A stretch of 64,000 bases of DNA from an uncultured Eubacteriales bacterium (GCA_948537335.1 CAOUJG010000005.1:2580-66579); one strand, 5' to 3'; shown: positions 44,212 through 54,966, counted from the first letter of the stretch. The notes: generated by a model not told the origin, from the letters alone. Translations and numbers: made by a program.

Positions 44212-45051
44212 ATGTTTTCAACGATTTATAATGTTAAATTTCCGGGCTTGAATTTAAACTTCAAAGTGGCGCCGGTTGCCTTTAGACTGGGCAGCGTGCC
44301 TGTGTATTGGTATGGGATAATCATCTGTATCGCGTTCGTTTTGGCGCTGTGCTACGTTTTGGCCAATTGCAAGCGGTTTGGCATTAACCAAAACGCCATG
44401 GTGGACGCTGTGATCGTGGGTCTGGTGTGTGGGATAATTGGTGCCAGGCTGTATTACGTGATTTTCTTCCCTGGGGATGTCTATTTAAGGGATCCGGTCA
44501 AGATTCTGCACATCAATGAGGGCGGCATAGCTATCTACGGCGGGCTAATTGGCGGCATTTTGGGCGGTCTTATTGTTGCAAAAAAGAAAAAAGTTAACAC
44601 AATGGCGGCGTTAGATCTGGCTTCGTTGGGCTTTTTGATTGGACAAAGTGTGGGTAGATGGGGGAATTTTGTTAACCAAGAGGCGTTCGGACAGGAAACA
44701 GCGAGCATCTTCCGTATGATCAGTGAAAATACGGGCGGAGTGGCGGCGCATCCGTGCTTTTTGTATGAGTCTATTTGGTGCCTGGCGGGCTTCTTGATTT
44801 TGCATTTCTGCAGCATTGACCGCAAAAAGTACGACGGACAGATTTTCTTGCTGTACATTGTTTGGTACGGCTCGGCTAGGTTTTTTATCGAAGCTTTGCG
44901 GACGGACAGCCTGTTTGTGCCAGGAATTAATTTGAAAATTTCACAAATAGTGGCGCTGGTTAGCGTTGCAGTAGGAGTCTACTTTTTGTTTAGGTTTAGA
45001 AACAGGCGCAGCAGAGGCAAACTTCTGAAAATTAATTTGCCAAAAGGCTGA
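44212..45051 (+). CDS. lgt: Prolipoprotein diacylglyceryl transferase
   Basis: 'GQSVGRWGNFVNQEAFG' Lgt signature. ATG 44212 was chosen; the longer ORF overlaps the M16 gene. Confidence 0.9.
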   Translation: MFSTIYNVKFPGLNLNFKVAPVAFRLGSVPVYWYGIIICIAFVLALCYVLANCKRFGINQNAMVDAVIVGLVCGIIGARLYYVIFFPGDVYLRDPVKILHINEGGIAIYGGLIGGILGGLIVAKKKKVNTMAALDLASLGFLIGQSVGRWGNFVNQEAFGQETASIFRMISENTGGVAAHPCFLYESIWCLAGFLILHFCSIDRKKYDGQIFLLYIVWYGSARFFIEALRTDSLFVPGINLKISQIVALVSVAVGVYFLFRFRNRRSRGKLLKINLPKG

Positions 45052-45110
45052 TTTTATCGTAAATTTGCGGGTTGTTTATAGTTTTGAAAGATTTTTTGAG
45101 GTGATTTTAG

Positions 45111-46919
45111 GTGTTGTTTCCACGCGAGCAGATTAGGAATTTTAGCATTATCGCGCACATCGACCACGGCAAGTCCACGCTGGCGGACAGAATCTTGGAG
45201 TTGACGCAGTCTGTCGCCACGCGGGACATGGCGGCGCAGGTGCTGGACAACATGGAGCTGGAGAAGGAGCGCGGAATCACCATCAAGGCGCGAGCGGTGA
45301 CGCTTTTGTACAAGGCAGACGACGGCAAGGAGTACGTATTCAACTTGATCGATACGCCCGGGCATGTCGATTTTAACTATGAGGTTTCGCGGTCATTGGC
45401 GGCCTGTGAGGGCGCGGTCTTGGTGGTGGACGCCTCGCAGGGGATAGAGGCGCAGACCTTGGCCAATACATACCTCGCGGTGGACGCCGGGCTCGAGATC
45501 GTGCCGGTTATAAATAAAATAGACCTGCCGAGCGCCGATCCAGAGCGGGTCAAGAACGAAATAGAGGATATAATAGGCATTCCAGCAGATGAAGCACCGT
45601 TAATTTCGGCCAAGACGGGGTTAAACGTTAAGGATGTGCTCGAAAGCGTCGTGAAGATGGTTCCGGCGCCGGTGGGAGACTCGAAAAAGCCACTGCAGGC
45701 ACTGATTTTTGACTCGTACTATGACGCTTACAAAGGCGTTGTGATTTATGTGCGGCTAAAGGACGGCACAGTCAAGACTGGCGACGAGATCAAGCTGATG
45801 GCGACCGGTGCAAAATTTACCGTGGTGGAGTGCGGATTCTTGCATGCAACATCGATTGAACCGCGGCCAGAACTGGTGGCAGGCGAAGTTGGCTATATCT
45901 CGGCGTCGATAAAATCTATAAACGATGCTCGAGTTGGAGATACCGTCACAACAACGCAGAACCCAGCAAAGGAGCCGCTGCCGGGCTACAGGGCGGTTAA
46001 TCCGATGGTTTTCTGCGGAATTTACCCTGTGGATGGCTCGAAATACGGTGACTTAAGGGATGCGCTCGAAAAGTTGCAGCTTAATGATGCCTCGCTGTCG
46101 TTTGAACCGGAAACATCTGTAGCGCTTGGATTTGGCTTTAGATGTGGCTTCTTGGGGCTTTTGCATATGGAAATCATCCAGGAGCGGCTGGAGAGAGAAT
46201 ACGGCCTGGACATTATAACAACGGCGCCCAGCGTCATATATAAGCTCACAAAGACCGACGGTGCGGTGGTTTATATAGACAACCCGACGAATTATCCCGA
46301 GCCAAGCGTGATTGAGAAGGCAGAGGAGCCCATGACAAATGCGCATATCTACGCTCCGTCTGAATACGTAGGGAACATCATGGAGCTTTGCCAGGAGCGG
46401 CGCGGGGTCTTCAAAGACATGAAGTACATAGATGACAGCCGGGTGGACATCCACTACGCGCTGCCGCTCAACGAGATTGTGTACGACTTTTTTGATGCGT
46501 TAAAGTCCAAAACTAAGGGCTATGCGTCGTTTGACTACGAAATCATAGGCTACACCGAGTCGGACCTAGTCAAGCTAGATATCATGCTAAACGGCGAGGT
46601 GGTAGATGCTCTCTCGTTCATTATTCATCGGGACAAAGCCTATCAAAGGGCACGAAAAATGGCGGAAAAGCTGAAAGAGAAAATTCCAAGGCAGCTTTTC
46701 GAAGTGCCAATCCAAGCCTGCATAGGCGGCAAGGTAATCGCTCGAGAAACCGTAAAAGCGATGCGCAAAGACGTGCTAGCTAAATGTTACGGTGGAGATA
46801 TCTCCCGCAAGAAAAAGCTGCTAGAAAAGCAAAAAGAAGGCAAAAAACGCATGCGACAAATAGGATCAGTCGAAGTGCCGCAAGACGCCTTCATGTCAGT
46901 ATTAAGGCTTGATGAGTAA
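45111..46919 (+). CDS. lepA: Elongation factor 4 (LepA)
   Basis: '[20 protein letters not shown]', '[10 protein letters not shown]', and the LepA-specific C-terminus. Confidence 0.95.
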   Translation: MLFPREQIRNFSIIAHIDHGKSTLADRILELTQSVATRDMAAQVLDNMELEKERGITIKARAVTLLYKADDGKEYVFNLIDTPGHVDFNYEVSRSLAACEGAVLVVDASQGIEAQTLANTYLAVDAGLEIVPVINKIDLPSADPERVKNEIEDIIGIPADEAPLISAKTGLNVKDVLESVVKMVPAPVGDSKKPLQALIFDSYYDAYKGVVIYVRLKDGTVKTGDEIKLMATGAKFTVVECGFLHATSIEPRPELVAGEVGYISASIKSINDARVGDTVTTTQNPAKEPLPGYRAVNPMVFCGIYPVDGSKYGDLRDALEKLQLNDASLSFEPETSVALGFGFRCGFLGLLHMEIIQERLEREYGLDIITTAPSVIYKLTKTDGAVVYIDNPTNYPEPSVIEKAEEPMTNAHIYAPSEYVGNIMELCQERRGVFKDMKYIDDSRVDIHYALPLNEIVYDFFDALKSKTKGYASFDYEIIGYTESDLVKLDIMLNGEVVDALSFIIHRDKAYQRARKMAEKLKEKIPRQLFEVPIQACIGGKVIARETVKAMRKDVLAKCYGGDISRKKKLLEKQKEGKKRMRQIGSVEVPQDAFMSVLRLDE

Positions 46920-46977
46920 ATAATCTTACCCATCAAGCTTAATTTAATGCGAAATTCAATTTTTAAAAAATTAAAAA

Positions 46978-47052
46978 TGGTGACCCGGACGGGATTTGAA
47001 CCCGTGTTACCGCCGTGAAAGGGCGGTGTCTTAACCGCTTGACCACCGGGCC
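46978..47052 (-). tRNA. tRNA-Glu (anticodon TTC)
   Basis: The reverse complement GGCCCGGTGGTCAAGCGGTTAAGACACCGCCCTTTCACGGCGGTAACACGGGTTCAAATCCCGTCCGGGTCACCA folds as a cloverleaf with anticodon loop CTTTCAC. Confidence 0.9.
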
Positions 47053-47078
47053 ATTGATTAATAGAGCTAATATCAAAG

Positions 47079-47155
47079 TGGTAGCGGTAATTGGATTTGA
47101 ACCAATGACACTCCGGGTATGAACCGAATGCTCTAGCCAACTGAGCTATACCGCC
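47079..47155 (-). tRNA. tRNA-Met, elongator type (anticodon CAT)
   Basis: The reverse complement is GGCGGTATAGCTCAGTTGGCTAGAGCATTCGGTTCATACCCGGAGTGTCATTGGTTCAAATCCAATTACCGCTACCA. The loop TTCATAC resembles the elongator Met tRNA rather than Ile2 or fMet. Confidence 0.8.
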
Positions 47156-47185
47156 GTGTATGCGATCAAACAGTGAACGAAGACT

Positions 47186-47214
47186 ATTATATTATAAAAA
47201 AGCGCGATTGTCAA
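47186..47214 (-). promoter_or_regulatory. Consensus promoter for the tRNA-Met/tRNA-Glu pair
   Basis: On the minus strand: TTGACA (47214-47209), a 17-nt spacer, then TATAAT (47191-47186). Confidence 0.7.
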
Positions 47215-47221
47215 CACCTTT

Positions 47222-47944
47222 TTATTTTTTGCCGCCCCAGGCATCGATGTTTGCGCGCTCGATGGCACCGACAATTTTTTTTCGAAGGTTGGGGTAATTT
47301 TTTTCAAGATTAAGTATAAGATTCTTGGTAGTTTGCCGATTGGAGTTAAAGTTTGCAGGACAGCGACTCAAAACAATCGGCAAATTTTTGCGCCGCACAA
47401 GCGAAGTAATCTTAGTCTCCTCGCAGAAAATAAGCGGCCGAATCATATAAATATCCTTACGCGAAAGATATGTAACCGGCGAAAAACAGCCAATAGTCCC
47501 GCAGTTCAAAAGATTCATAAAAAAAGTTTCAACGCAGTCATCCAAATTATGCCCCAAGGCGATCTTGTTGCAACCAAGCTCCCTCGCCATATCGTGCAGT
47601 ATCCCTCGACGCATCCGGGCACAAAGACTGCAGGGGTTCGACTCTTTTCGGTCATGAAAAATTAAACTAGCAAGGTGAGTGCGCTTTATGACGTGTGGGA
47701 CATTTATTTTTGCACAAAATTTTTCGATATCAGAATAATCAGTAGCCCGGTTCTCAAAGCAAGGATCGACGGTTATGGCGACCAGATCGAATTTTTGCGG
47801 ATAATATGTCTTAATCTGATTGAGCGCAAATAAGAGAAACACCGAATCTTTGCCGCCAGAAACGCACACAGCAATCCTGTCATTCTGCGAGATCATCCCG
47901 TAAGAATCAATAGCCGCGCGGACTTTGCCAATCATGTTGTGCAT
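47222..47944 (-). CDS. ttcA: PP-loop ATPase, TtcA-like tRNA 2-thiocytidine biosynthesis protein
   Basis: 'VCVSGGKDS' PP-loop and 'CSLCARMRRG'. ATG 47944 is preceded by AGGAGA. Confidence 0.8.
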   Translation of the reverse strand: MHNMIGKVRAAIDSYGMISQNDRIAVCVSGGKDSVFLLFALNQIKTYYPQKFDLVAITVDPCFENRATDYSDIEKFCAKINVPHVIKRTHLASLIFHDRKESNPCSLCARMRRGILHDMARELGCNKIALGHNLDDCVETFFMNLLNCGTIGCFSPVTYLSRKDIYMIRPLIFCEETKITSLVRRKNLPIVLSRCPANFNSNRQTTKNLILNLEKNYPNLRKKIVGAIERANIDAWGGKK

Positions 47945-48168
47945 AAAATTTCTCCTCTTTGTGCAAGCAAAATTTTTATAAAAATAAAAAGCAAGACGTT
48001 TCACCATCGTAAAATTACATATTATCTGCCCCAAATTTCGCATAAAACTGTGGCGGAACATCAATATAAACAAAATAAAAATAATTCTTTTATAGAAAAT
48101 TAACTCAACCCTATAAACATAATATACAATATTTTCTTCAATTTTGCAAAAAAAAATTGCATAAATGC

Positions 48169-48197
48169 TTGCAATTTAAAAATAAGTGTATTATAAT
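48169..48197 (+). promoter_or_regulatory. dcw cluster (mraZ) promoter
   Basis: TTGCAA (48169-48174), a 17-nt spacer, then TATAAT (48192-48197). Confidence 0.65.
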
Positions 48198-48207
48198 GAA
48201 AACATCA

Positions 48208-48247
48208 AGTGGTGAAAAGTGGTTAAAAGTAGCGAGAAGTGGTTTAA
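48208..48247 (+). repeat. Four 10-nt-phased direct repeats (AGTGGT-type) between the promoter and mraZ; candidate MraZ boxes
   Basis: AGTGGTGAAA / AGTGGTTAAA / AGTAGCGAGA / AGTGGTTTAA. Confidence 0.6.
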
Positions 48248-48280
48248 AATTATCTTCTCAAAACTTTTGGAGGGGCTTTT

Positions 48281-48700
48281 ATGTTGATAGGCGAGTACCA
48301 ACATAATATCGACCTAAAGGGCAGAGTTGCGGTTCCGGCGCGGTTCCGTGACGACTTGGGTGCGCTTTTTTACATCACCAAAGGCCTCGACAATTGCCTG
48401 TTTGTTTTGCCACAAGATGAGTGGAGTCGGCTGGTGGAAAAGATAAAAACGATGCCGATCTCTAAAGCTAGGGGTTTGCAGAGATTTTTCTTCTCGGGCG
48501 CAGCGGAGGTTGTGCCGGACAAGCAGGGCAGAATTCTGATCCCGCAGCAGCTGAGGGAACACGCCGAGCTGGATAAAGAAGTCACGTTTATCGGGACGTC
48601 CAGCAGAGTGGAGATCTGGAACAGCAAGAGGTGGGCAGAGTTTAACTCGGTGCTAACGCAGGACAGCATCGCAGAGGCAATGGACATGCTCGACTTGTAG
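48281..48700 (+). CDS. mraZ: Transcriptional regulator MraZ
   Basis: 'DLKGRVAVPARFR' and a second '.DKQGRILIPQQLR' SpoVT/AbrB-like repeat. Confidence 0.95.
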   Translation: MLIGEYQHNIDLKGRVAVPARFRDDLGALFYITKGLDNCLFVLPQDEWSRLVEKIKTMPISKARGLQRFFFSGAAEVVPDKQGRILIPQQLREHAELDKEVTFIGTSSRVEIWNSKRWAEFNSVLTQDSIAEAMDMLDL

Positions 48701-48715
48701 AAAGGGCGGCGGCAA

Positions 48716-49642
48716 ATGGAGTTTTCGCATGTACCGGTTTTGCTGTTGGAGGCAATAGAAGGGCTAAACGTAGAGGAGTCTGGGGTTTACATAGACGGCA
48801 CAGCCGGAGGTGGCGGGCATTCTGAGGCTATTTTAAAGAAGCTAAAGTCTGGCAAGCTGATATCGATTGACCAGGACCCAGATGCAATCGCGTTTTTGCG
48901 GGAGAAATTAGCAAAGTACGAAAATTCCACTGTGGTGCAAGAAAACTTCCTAAATATGGACAAGGTTGCCAGAGAGCTTTCTATCAACGAGGTAGACGGC
49001 GTGCTGATGGATTTGGGGGTTTCGTCGCATCAGTTTGACACCAAAGAAAGAGGCTTTTCTTACCGCTACGACGCCCCACTGGACATGCGAATGAGTCAAA
49101 AAGGCGTGAGCGCGTACGATTTAGTCAATGAGTTGCCTTGGCAAGAGCTAGCGGGGATCATAAAAAATTATGGAGAAGAAAAGTTCGCAAAGGGCATCGC
49201 GCTCGCAATAGAAAGGCAGAGACAGAGCGCGCCCATAGAAACCACGCAGCAGCTAGTGGACGTGATAAAATCGGCAATACCAGCAAGGTTTAAGCGAGAA
49301 AAAGGCCATCCGGCCAAAAGAACCTTTCAAGCGCTTAGAATTGCTGTGAATAGAGAAATAGATGTATTGCAACAGGGCTTAGATTCGGCGTTTTCTATAT
49401 TGAAACCAGGCGGAAGACTAGCGGTGATCACGTTTCATTCTCTTGAAGACAGGATAGTCAAAAAGAAAATGGTGTCTTGGTGCCAAGGATGCACGTGTCC
49501 ACCAGAGTTCCCGATCTGCGTGTGCAATAAAAAGCCGAGGGCAAAACTAATCAATAAAAGAGCGATAGAGCCTTCACGACAGGAAATTGAGGAGAATCCA
49601 CGGAGCAAAAGCGCAAAATTACGGGTTTGTGAAAAGATTTAA
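48716..49642 (+). CDS. rsmH: 16S rRNA (cytosine1402-N4)-methyltransferase
   Basis: 'HVPVLL', 'YIDGTAGGGGHS' and 'DLGVSSHQ'. Confidence 0.95.
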   Translation: MEFSHVPVLLLEAIEGLNVEESGVYIDGTAGGGGHSEAILKKLKSGKLISIDQDPDAIAFLREKLAKYENSTVVQENFLNMDKVARELSINEVDGVLMDLGVSSHQFDTKERGFSYRYDAPLDMRMSQKGVSAYDLVNELPWQELAGIIKNYGEEKFAKGIALAIERQRQSAPIETTQQLVDVIKSAIPARFKREKGHPAKRTFQALRIAVNREIDVLQQGLDSAFSILKPGGRLAVITFHSLEDRIVKKKMVSWCQGCTCPPEFPICVCNKKPRAKLINKRAIEPSRQEIEENPRSKSAKLRVCEKI

Positions 49643-49672
49643 TCTTGAGGATGTTAAATAGGACGGGGGTTG

Positions 49673-50149
49673 ATGAAAATGGCTTTACAGCAAAGAAGCG
49701 TCGCGTATGATATCTCGCGGTTTGAGGAGCGAAAACCGGCGATAGATAGCGAAAAAAGAGATAACATATTAAAGCTGCCAAAGAAAAAAGCAAAAGTAAG
49801 AGCCGGCAAAAAAAGCAAGCTAAAGCCAATGACGGTGCTGCTTGCGGGAGTAAGCTTTTTGCTAAGTGTTGCTGCGGTGTGGACAATGCTACTCAACCAA
49901 GTGACGATGGCCGAACTAACAGCCCAAACCAACAAAGCCGCTACACAGCTGGAGGAGTGCAGAAGCGAGAACACGCAATGGCAGATGAAGTTAGAGGAAA
50001 AATTCTCTCCAGAAAACGTAACGCAACACGCGACCGCGCTGGGAATGGTGCCAAATAACTCAGGACGAGTGGAGTGCTTGGGGCTGCACCCAGAGGACAA
50101 AGCAGAACTACCGCAGAAAGGACGAGGAGGACTTGCGAGAATCTTTTGA
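49673..50149 (+). CDS. ftsL: FtsL-like cell division protein
   Basis: A single TM helix is followed by a coiled-coil segment, in the canonical position between rsmH and the PBP gene. Confidence 0.65.
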   Translation: MKMALQQRSVAYDISRFEERKPAIDSEKRDNILKLPKKKAKVRAGKKSKLKPMTVLLAGVSFLLSVAAVWTMLLNQVTMAELTAQTNKAATQLEECRSENTQWQMKLEEKFSPENVTQHATALGMVPNNSGRVECLGLHPEDKAELPQKGRGGLARIF

Positions 50150-50266
50150 CCTAGCGGGAAATCGGGAATAACATGAGGTTTAACTAAATAAATATTAAAG
50201 ATAGGATAGAGAGTTAAGATGGAATCGGTGTCTTGGCTCTCATGACGTTTGTGAAGGAGCAAGGTT

Positions 50267-52498
50267 ATGGCAAAAGGGACCACAATCAGAATGTGGCGCA
50301 GGTCGATTTTTGTGTTGGCGTCGCTGCTCATCGTGGGTTTTGGAGTAATCGTCTTTAGACTGGTAAAATTGCAATTGGTTGAGGGCGAAAAACTGCAGCA
50401 AATGGCCACAGAGCAGCAGTTGAAAGATACAAAAATAAACGCACAAAGGGGCACGATCTACGACAGAAACATGAAACCGTTGGCACAAAGCGCAACAGTT
50501 TGGACGGTGGTTCTGGAGCCAGCTTATTTGAAGGACCCAGAATTAATCGAGAAAATCGCCAGCGGGCTAGCTCCGATTTTAGAAATGGACAAGAGCGAGA
50601 TCCTAGAAAAGGCGAAGAAAAAGTCGTTCTACACAGTGCTGAAGCGGAAGGTAGAGAGCGACGTAAAAGATAAAATCATAGCGTTTCAGAAGGAAAACAA
50701 GATAACAACGGGCATACGGCTGGTGGAGGATTACAAGCGGTATTATCCGTACGGTGACTTTGCTGCGTGCGTTATTGGCTTTACGGGGACGGACAGCCAA
50801 GGTCTCTCGGGGCTGGAGAGCTACTACGATGAGTACCTAACCGGCCAGGCGGGCAGATTGGTCACAGCCAGAAACGCAGTGGGTACGGATATGCCGTTTG
50901 ACTACGAGAAGATGATTCCGGCGCAGAACGGCAATAACCTGGTTTTGTGCATAGACGAAGTGATTCAGCACTTTTTGGAAAAGGGCCTAGAAGAGGGGAT
51001 CGTCAACAACAAGGTCATGAACAGGGCCGGCGCCATCATGATGAACGTCAATACCGGCGAGATAATAGGCATGGCGGTAAAGGGCGGCTACGACCTCAAC
51101 AAACCGTTTGAAATTGCGGACGCAGAAAAAAAGGCTCAAATAGAAGCCCTGCCAGAATCGGAGCGCGCAAAGGCAAAAGCAGAAGCTCTGGAGGCACAGT
51201 GGCGTAATAAGCTGGTTAGCGACACCTACATGCCGGGCTCGGTGTACAAGCAAATCACAACAGCCATGGCGTTTGAAGAGAATTTGATTGACGAAAAGAC
51301 CAACTTTAATTGCACCGGGAGTTTTGTGCCGTTCCCAGGTGCTCGACCGATTCGGTGCCACAAACACGGCGGACATGGCAGCCAAGTCTTTGCGAGAGCC
51401 TTTTGCAACTCCTGCAACCCGGCATTCATCCAGGTTGGCCAAAAAATAGGTCCCGAGAGGTTTTACAAATACTACCAGGCGTTTGGCTTTACCGAAAAAA
51501 CCGGCATAGACCTGCCCGGCGAAGCGAACGGAATCTTCTTTAGCAAAGATGGCCGCATGGGTCCGATGGATTTGGCGGTGGCGTCGTTTGGACAGAACTT
51601 TAGTGTAACGCCGCTCCAGATGATAATAGCAGCGGCGGCCGTTGCAAACGGTGGATACATAGTTGAACCGCGCGTTGTGAGTCGAATTGTTGATTGCAAC
51701 GGAAACATCATAAAAAATTTTGAAACAGTGATAAAAAGGCAGGCTATTTCGGAGCAGACGTCCAAGAGAATCTGTGCATTGCTCACGCAGAACGCAATTG
51801 ACGGCGGCGCGAAAAATGGCAACGTGCCAGGATACAGAATTGGCGGCAAAACAGGAACGTCGCAAAAAATAGGTGACAGTGGTCCGGGCGGTATGGACTA
51901 TATCTCGTCGTTCTGTGGCTTTGCGCCGGGCGACAACCCGCAGTATATTTTGCTGATTTATTACGATACGCCAAAAGGGCCGAGCTACTACGGAGCGCTC
52001 GTGGCGGCGCCGACGTTTGCAAGGGTCATGCAAGATGCGTTGCCGTACCTGGGCGTGGAGCGGAAGTATACCGACGAGGAAATGGCCAACCTAGACATCC
52101 AGGTGCCGTTTTTGGTGGGCTCATCGGTCGACAAGGCCAAACTCCAGGCGATAAATCTGCAGCTAAACCCAGTCGTCTACGGCTCTGGCGAGACGGTTAT
52201 ATCGCAGGTTCCAGAAGTCTCGACCAAAATGCCAAAAGGCGGCAGGATAGTGCTCTATACAGACGACTCCACCGCGAACTCCAAAGCAGTGGTGCCCAAA
52301 TTTGCAGGCATGACGCTCTCCGCAGCCAACAGAGAAGCCAGCGCAGCAAAAGTGAACATAATAATAAAAGGAACGGCGCTGTCGAGCTCGGGATGCGTGT
52401 GCGCAAGTCAAAGCATAGCCGCGGGTACAGAAGTCCGCCCCGGCACAGTGGTAATCCTGACGTTCTCGCAGAAAAAATCGGAGCAGCACAGTGACTAG
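50267..52498 (+). CDS. Class B penicillin-binding protein (FtsI/PBP2B/SpoVD-like) with C-terminal PASTA domains
   Basis: 'GSVYK' (SxxK) and 'KTGTSQ', plus two C-terminal PASTA-like repeats. It sits in the dcw position. Confidence 0.9.
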   Translation: MAKGTTIRMWRRSIFVLASLLIVGFGVIVFRLVKLQLVEGEKLQQMATEQQLKDTKINAQRGTIYDRNMKPLAQSATVWTVVLEPAYLKDPELIEKIASGLAPILEMDKSEILEKAKKKSFYTVLKRKVESDVKDKIIAFQKENKITTGIRLVEDYKRYYPYGDFAACVIGFTGTDSQGLSGLESYYDEYLTGQAGRLVTARNAVGTDMPFDYEKMIPAQNGNNLVLCIDEVIQHFLEKGLEEGIVNNKVMNRAGAIMMNVNTGEIIGMAVKGGYDLNKPFEIADAEKKAQIEALPESERAKAKAEALEAQWRNKLVSDTYMPGSVYKQITTAMAFEENLIDEKTNFNCTGSFVPFPGARPIRCHKHGGHGSQVFARAFCNSCNPAFIQVGQKIGPERFYKYYQAFGFTEKTGIDLPGEANGIFFSKDGRMGPMDLAVASFGQNFSVTPLQMIIAAAAVANGGYIVEPRVVSRIVDCNGNIIKNFETVIKRQAISEQTSKRICALLTQNAIDGGAKNGNVPGYRIGGKTGTSQKIGDSGPGGMDYISSFCGFAPGDNPQYILLIYYDTPKGPSYYGALVAAPTFARVMQDALPYLGVERKYTDEEMANLDIQVPFLVGSSVDKAKLQAINLQLNPVVYGSGETVISQVPEVSTKMPKGGRIVLYTDDSTANSKAVVPKFAGMTLSAANREASAAKVNIIIKGTALSSSGCVCASQSIAAGTEVRPGTVVILTFSQKKSEQHSD

Positions 52499-52598
52499 AA
52501 AATGGAAATTCACACAGCACAAGCAAAAGTTCAAAAAATGTGCTATAATTGTAGTAGTTTAAGCAGCAAAGGTCAGGTTTAGAAAGGTGGCATGCGGC

Positions 52599-53639
52599 AT
52601 GGTGGCAAACGTATGGGTGATTTTTGCGATAGTAGCCTCATTCTTAATCACGTGTTTTTTAGGAAAGCGGATTATACCGTACCTTCAAAGGCTCAAATAC
52701 GGCCAAACCATACTAAAAATCGGGCCATCGTGGCACAAAAATAAGCAGGGCACGCCCACAATGGGCGGAGTAATTTTCGTTATCGGAATATACGCCGCAA
52801 TCCTAGTAACAATGCCGCTGTACTACTTTTTGGTCGCCCAAAATACACTGCACTTGCAAGAGCCACCGCTCATAATGCAAAAAATCATATCCGGCCTCCT
52901 GATGGCGCTGGCGTACGGCGCAATCGGATTTTTGGACGACTATATAAAGGTAGTAAAAAAGCGTAACCTGGGGCTAACGGCCGGGCAAAAGCTCCTTATG
53001 CAGTTCCTGGTTGTGGGCTCGTACCTGCTGTCGCTTTATTGCGCGGAAGTGCTGCAAGGAGGCCTCGGCGCCACATCGACGACCATACCGTTCTTTGGCC
53101 GAGTTGACCTAGGGGTACTATATTGGCCGATGGCGTCATTGCTGATAGTTGGCATGGTGAACGCGGTGAACTTAACGGACGGAATTGACGGCCTGTGCAC
53201 ATCGATCACGTTTTTCGTCGCAACATTTTTCATGCTGATATCGAATTTCCTGCACATATTCAACCTGAGCATAGTCGCAGGGGCGTTAGTCGGAGGATGC
53301 TTGGGCTTTTTGATATTCAACATCCACCCCGCAAAAGTGTTCATGGGGGATACAGGCTCTTTGTTCTTGGGAGGATTAATCTGCGCGCTAGCATTCACGC
53401 TAGATGTGCCAGTGATGTTGCCGATAATCGGCGGTGTGTACGTGCTGGAGATGTTCTCGGTGATACTGCAGGTGGCGTATTTTAAGGCAACAAAGGGCAA
53501 ACGCCTGTTCAAAATGAGCCCGCTGCACCATCACTTCGAGATTTGCGGCTGGAGCGAGGCCAAAATTTGCATCGTGTTTAATGTAATCACAGTGATACTC
53601 GGAGCGCTGGCGGTTGTGCTGGCGGCCCATGGGCTTTGA
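52599..53639 (+). CDS. mraY: Phospho-N-acetylmuramoyl-pentapeptide transferase
   Basis: 'NAVNLTDGIDGL' and 'FMGDTGSLFLGG'. The start could be ATG 52599 or GTG 52587. Confidence 0.95.
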   Translation: MVANVWVIFAIVASFLITCFLGKRIIPYLQRLKYGQTILKIGPSWHKNKQGTPTMGGVIFVIGIYAAILVTMPLYYFLVAQNTLHLQEPPLIMQKIISGLLMALAYGAIGFLDDYIKVVKKRNLGLTAGQKLLMQFLVVGSYLLSLYCAEVLQGGLGATSTTIPFFGRVDLGVLYWPMASLLIVGMVNAVNLTDGIDGLCTSITFFVATFFMLISNFLHIFNLSIVAGALVGGCLGFLIFNIHPAKVFMGDTGSLFLGGLICALAFTLDVPVMLPIIGGVYVLEMFSVILQVAYFKATKGKRLFKMSPLHHHFEICGWSEAKICIVFNVITVILGALAVVLAAHGL

Positions 53640-53679
53640 TGGGTACTGTGCAGGCTAAGGGGCAACAAGGAGGCAAAAA

Positions 53680-54966
53680 ATGAGCAGAAATTACAGCAGA
53701 GCGGCAAGGCCAAGGGGACAGCAAGAAAATAGACCTAGCTCAAGGGACGCAAGGGCGCGGACTAATAAATCGAAGAAGCATTTTGGCTTTAAGTTTAGCG
53801 GATTAGCGGCAGTCTCGAAGGGGCTAAATCCGGTAAAAAATAAGCTAAAGGTGTTCTCCATGCGGTCAGGGCTAGATATGCCGTTCTTTTTCATAAACAT
53901 GGCAATACTCGTGGTTGGCCTTGTGATGATGTTTTCGGCCTCCTACCCCAACGCCTATTACTACAAAAATGGTGACAGTTACTATTTTATAAGGAGCCAG
54001 CTGATTTGGGCGGTTATCGGGGTTGTCGCTATGATCGCGGTTTCTTATTTTGACTACCACCACTTCCACAAGTTCGCCGTCCCCATATTGGGAATATCGT
54101 TCGTGCTGCTGGTTGTGGTGCTCTTCATGCCGATGGTAAACGGTGTCCACAGGTGGATCCCGCTCGGTCCAATCGGCTTTCAGGCATCAGAGATAACGAA
54201 ATTCGCGATCGTGCTGTCATTTGCGCACTTCATCTCGGTAAACTTCAAAAAAATGGACACGTTCAAATATGGAATCCTGCCATACGGCATAATACTGGCG
54301 TTCACGGCATTTTTGCTGTACCTGGAGCCCCACATTTCGTGCCTGATCATCGTGGTGCTGCTGGCCGGCGGTATGCTCTATATCGGTGGAGTAAAATTGC
54401 GATGGTTTGGGCTGGTCTTAGCAATAGCGTTGGCGGCTGTTGGCTATGTAGTGCTGTTTACAGATAAACTAGGCTATGCAAATGGCCGTGTGCAGGGATG
54501 GCTGGATCCATTCACAAGCAACCCAAACGTAGATACGTGGCAGACAAAGCAGGGGCTCTATGCGATAGGGTCCGGAGGCCTGTGGGGACTGGGATTAGGG
54601 CAGTCGCGGCAAAAGTACCTCTACATTCCGGAGCCGCAGAACGACTTCATTTTTTCGGTAGTCTGCGAAGAGCTGGGATTTATCGGGGCATTGATAATCC
54701 TAATCCTGTTTGCAATGCTGATTTGGCGGGGAATCATGATATCGATGCGAGCCAAAGACAAATTTGGCACATTGCTAGGCATCGGACTCACGGCGCAGGT
54801 CGGCCTGCAGGTGATCTTGAACATCTTCGTCGTAACAAACACGATTCCAAACACAGGTATAAGCCTTCCATTCTTCAGCTATGGCGGCACGTCGCTGGTC
54901 ATGCTGCTCGTGCAAATGGGCATAGTTTTGTCGATATCCAGAACGTCGAAAATAGAAAAAACTTGA
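53680..54966 (+). CDS. SEDS protein FtsW/SpoVE
   Basis: Basic N-terminal tail and a polytopic body with 'GISLPFFSYGGTS'. It sits in the dcw position. Confidence 0.9.
   Translation: MSRNYSRAARPRGQQENRPSSRDARARTNKSKKHFGFKFSGLAAVSKGLNPVKNKLKVFSMRSGLDMPFFFINMAILVVGLVMMFSASYPNAYYYKNGDSYYFIRSQLIWAVIGVVAMIAVSYFDYHHFHKFAVPILGISFVLLVVVLFMPMVNGVHRWIPLGPIGFQASEITKFAIVLSFAHFISVNFKKMDTFKYGILPYGIILAFTAFLLYLEPHISCLIIVVLLAGGMLYIGGVKLRWFGLVLAIALAAVGYVVLFTDKLGYANGRVQGWLDPFTSNPNVDTWQTKQGLYAIGSGGLWGLGLGQSRQKYLYIPEPQNDFIFSVVCEELGFIGALIILILFAMLIWRGIMISMRAKDKFGTLLGIGLTAQVGLQVILNIFVVTNTIPNTGISLPFFSYGGTSLVMLLVQMGIVLSISRTSKIEKT

Noticed and set aside
50987-52033. Long minus-strand ORFs inside the dcw cluster (50987-52033, 56069-57064, 57936-58979, 49654-50454)
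   Set aside because: Each is antisense to a gene with unmistakable motifs (PBP, murA, ftsQ/ftsZ, ftsL). One even crosses the AT-rich ftsQ-ftsZ spacer. None has an RBS or a recognisable motif.
54498-54965. The 156-codon upstream extension of the murG ORF
   Set aside because: It overlaps ftsW out of frame and is Arg/His/Ala-rich. The murG homology begins at the ATG that overlaps the ftsW stop.
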